DNA of 64,000 nucleotides from Alkalispirochaeta sp. (GTDB lineage Bacteria; Spirochaetota; Spirochaetia; DSM-27196; Alkalispirochaetaceae): NCBI GenBank assembly GCA_965242725.1, contig CBDESZ010000021.1, positions 32,001 to 96,000 of the forward strand, read 5' to 3'. Shown piece by piece: positions 61,632 to 64,000 of this stretch (position 1 is its first letter; each line of letters starts with the position of its first letter). The notes under the pieces were generated by a model. It saw only the letters and a program-made list of their open reading frames with translations, ran no database searches and was not told where the DNA came from. The position numbers and the translations under genes were made by a program.

Positions 61632-63005
61632 TCAATCGAATTCAACCTCGAGAGCGGAGAAGGTACCCGCGGAAAATGAGCCTTCCGCCTCGACAATGAC
61701 GCCGGGGCTCACCATCGCTACAAACTCACCGATCGTCAGCATCGGTCCGTCGTCGTCGGAGAAAACGGTCACGTTGGATAGGTCAACCGTGACACCGAGG
61801 ATCTCAATGGTGGTGTCATCGACGAGGACGGTGACGGGTCCCTTGAGGACATGTTCGTCCGGGTCGAAGGGTTCGGTCATTCGTTCAATCGAAATTGCCT
61901 CCACCGAGCCGTCGCCGAGGACAAAACCCTCTATAGACAACGGATCCCCGCCGGCGATGTCCGATACCCCAGGCAGGTTTTCAAGTTCCGTCAGGGCCGA
62001 GGCATGAATCGTGATACCCAGCGCACTTGCCCCTCCGTCACCGTCGGCGGTAGCGACGATTTCGACGTTATCCTCAAACGAAACCTCCCGTACGATCAGC
62101 GTTGTACCGCTGTACCCACCCTCCGCCTCGACCATCACGCCGTTGCTCAGGTTATCAATGTCACCACCGTCAAATTCGGTCGTTGCGATGAGCTGGACCC
62201 TGGTGGAACCAACGAAAAAAGACGCACCGGCGCTTGTAAATCCGCTGACGACACCTTCCACCTCGACGTCGTCATCGTGGTAGTATTCAGCGTCCTCAAC
62301 TTCTTCAAGCTCTATTGCCGTCGCGTAGAGGGTGCTGTCGAGCTCTGCTTCGACAAGGTCTCCCACTGCTATGCTCGTTCCACCTTCAATGACCGTCGAG
62401 CCGTCATAGGTGAAGTCGATGGTGCTTGCGCCGACGCGAAACGTTGTCGCGGTGACGTTGGAGATGATACCCCGAATCTCGAGATCGTCATTGGACCCCT
62501 GTTCGTCCACACGGGTTGCGCGCAGGCGCCCGTCGCCCAATTGAAATCCGTATACTTCCACAACGTCATTTATCGCGAGTGTAGCAAATGATTCGCCGTC
62601 GTCGAAGATCGTTTCACCCGATACAACAACGGTAAATCCGAATATATCGAACGTACTCGCTGCGGCATCTATGGAAGTTATCGGACCGCGCAACTCATTC
62701 TCCACCTCAACGACGGTAGCCACACCGGTTACGCCGTCCGCATTGACCGTACCGATAAGGCGGACGGTCATACCGTTCTCCAGGTACCCTTCAGCCTGGG
62801 CGACTTCGTCGGCCGACACGCTGACCTGGGAGTCATCGAAAGTGATACCGCCGACGATAATGCTGCCCCGCGTGATCGGCCCGGCAACACTGACGGGCGT
62901 AACCGTCGATCCGCCCCCTCCGGTACCGGCTTCCGTACACGACATAAGAAACATACCGACGACGATCGCAGTCACCGCCAATTTGATTTTCACACCACTT
63001 TTCAT
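61632..63005 (-). CDS. DUF5666-repeat lipoprotein
   Basis: Lipobox LMSC; repeated units such as GPITSID..F.I.G..V...T.F...VEV.G....A..V. Confidence 0.8.
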   Translation of the reverse strand: MKSGVKIKLAVTAIVVGMFLMSCTEAGTGGGGSTVTPVSVAGPITRGSIIVGGITFDDSQVSVSADEVAQAEGYLENGMTVRLIGTVNADGVTGVATVVEVENELRGPITSIDAAASTFDIFGFTVVVSGETIFDDGESFATLAINDVVEVYGFQLGDGRLRATRVDEQGSNDDLEIRGIISNVTATTFRVGASTIDFTYDGSTVIEGGTSIAVGDLVEAELDSTLYATAIELEEVEDAEYYHDDDVEVEGVVSGFTSAGASFFVGSTRVQLIATTEFDGGDIDNLSNGVMVEAEGGYSGTTLIVREVSFEDNVEIVATADGDGGASALGITIHASALTELENLPGVSDIAGGDPLSIEGFVLGDGSVEAISIERMTEPFDPDEHVLKGPVTVLVDDTTIEILGVTVDLSNVTVFSDDDGPMLTIGEFVAMVSPGVIVEAEGSFSAGTFSALEVEFD

Positions 63006-63162
63006 CTTGAACCTCCTGATTCACATTTTCCGGGTGTAATCTATGCCCCGGAACGGCGGTAATCAGTGTGAAAATGTGAAGGTTTCGTGAAGTTACCGGC
63101 CCACTGCACGCTGGCAGGAACGGTGGAGTGTGCTATTGTTGACGATTATCGAGGTACGGCAT

Positions 63163-63864
63163 ATGGCACGAATTTACCTGATAGAAGACAGCGATGACCT
63201 CCGGGAAGCAACGGCGGTCTACCTCAGGCGTGACGGCCACGATGTTATAGAATTCGGAAGGGCAGACGAACTTACTCACTATGAAACGGATCGTCCACCT
63301 GACCTTTATATCCTCGATATCATGTTGCCCGGGCGGTCGGGATTAAACCTCGCCAATGAGATCCGGTCTATCAGCCAGACCCCGATTATTTTTATTTCAG
63401 CCCGATACGACGAGATGACAAAGACAGCAGCCTTCGGCGCCGGCGCCGACGACTATGTGGTGAAGCCCTATTCCCCGCGGGAACTCGCACTCCGTGTACG
63501 TGCCGTACTACGACGGTTCGGAGCGGAATCGGCGACGCCCCTCGGCAGACAATCGGTCGTACGATGTCGCACTAATAATCGGACGATGACCGTCCGGTTC
63601 GACGCGCGTCGGGTTGATATAGACGGAAACACAGTCTCGCTGACGAAAACCGAGTGGAAAATCATTGAGACGCTGTGCCGAAACGCCGACGTGGTGGTGA
63701 CTCGAGAACAGCTGCTTCATCAGGTATTCGGCTACAATACGACCGTCCGGAGCCGCGCCGTCGATACGCACATCAAGAACCTGAGGCGCAAGCTCGGATC
63801 AACAGATTGGTTTGAGACGGTGCACGGACAGGGGTATCGCATCATTGTCGAGAGGGAATCATAG
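63163..63864 (+). CDS. OmpR-family response regulator
   Basis: IEDS, LDIMLPG, GADDYVVKP, LTKTEW, VDTHIKNLRRKL, TVHGQGY. Confidence 0.93.
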   Translation: MARIYLIEDSDDLREATAVYLRRDGHDVIEFGRADELTHYETDRPPDLYILDIMLPGRSGLNLANEIRSISQTPIIFISARYDEMTKTAAFGAGADDYVVKPYSPRELALRVRAVLRRFGAESATPLGRQSVVRCRTNNRTMTVRFDARRVDIDGNTVSLTKTEWKIIETLCRNADVVVTREQLLHQVFGYNTTVRSRAVDTHIKNLRRKLGSTDWFETVHGQGYRIIVERES

Positions 63865-63866
63865 CG

Positions 63867-64000
63867 ATGGCGGTCCGATTTCGTACCCAACAGGTGCACA
63901 CCGCCGTCACAATCGTACTGGTATTCGTAATCGTTACGATGGGTATGCTCTCAATCGGCCTGCGGAGCAGTCTTGAGCGTTGGCGAGGGGAGCACGGAGT
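63867..64000 (+). CDS. Probable cognate sensor histidine kinase, 3' truncated by window edge
   Basis: ATG 2 bp after the regulator stop; MAVRFRTQQVHTAVTIVLVFVIVTMGMLSIGL TM segment; frame stays open. Confidence 0.6.
   Translation, partial: MAVRFRTQQVHTAVTIVLVFVIVTMGMLSIGLRSSLERWRGEHG

Noticed and set aside
1..64000. Many long antisense or alternate-frame ORFs (e.g. 5986-6978, 11080-12228, 23791-24939, 40301-41185)
   Set aside because: They shadow well-supported genes, lack motifs and RBSs, and are expected in GC-rich DNA
1..64000. CRISPR arrays, tRNA/rRNA genes, IS/integrase genes
   Set aside because: No regularly spaced repeats, cloverleaf or rRNA-like segments, or transposase/integrase motifs recognised by eye

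Overview
GC-rich bacterial chromosome segment, most likely from a free-living spirochaete (Spirochaeta/Alkalispirochaeta-like). This is inferred from the 'FAGGxQE' binding-protein N-termini, spirochaetal lipoproteins and the AroF-PheA fusion. It holds housekeeping genes (trxA, leuS, aroF-pheA) and a run of catabolic and uptake loci: a Liv-type ABC operon with URO-D-like, FGGY-kinase and shikimate-kinase-like genes divergent from MalY/YheO/RidA; a melA plus oxidoreductase sugar cluster whose ABC genes carry many +1 indels; a GH149-like beta-1,3-glucan phosphorylase locus; and a two-domain multicopper oxidase plus ZIP pair divergent from an Fe-siderophore ABC. The best candidate for an undescribed system is at 37.3-44.0 kb: three co-oriented lipoproteins (YfaP-like protein, MACPF/perforin protein, alpha/beta-hydrolase). 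The last two share an acidic C-terminal beta-domain, and all three lie downstream of a membrane-bound 7TM-DISM-LuxR regulator split by a one-base A-run indel. No rRNA, tRNA, CRISPR array or transposase was recognised. All family calls come from motifs read by eye, not from database searches.
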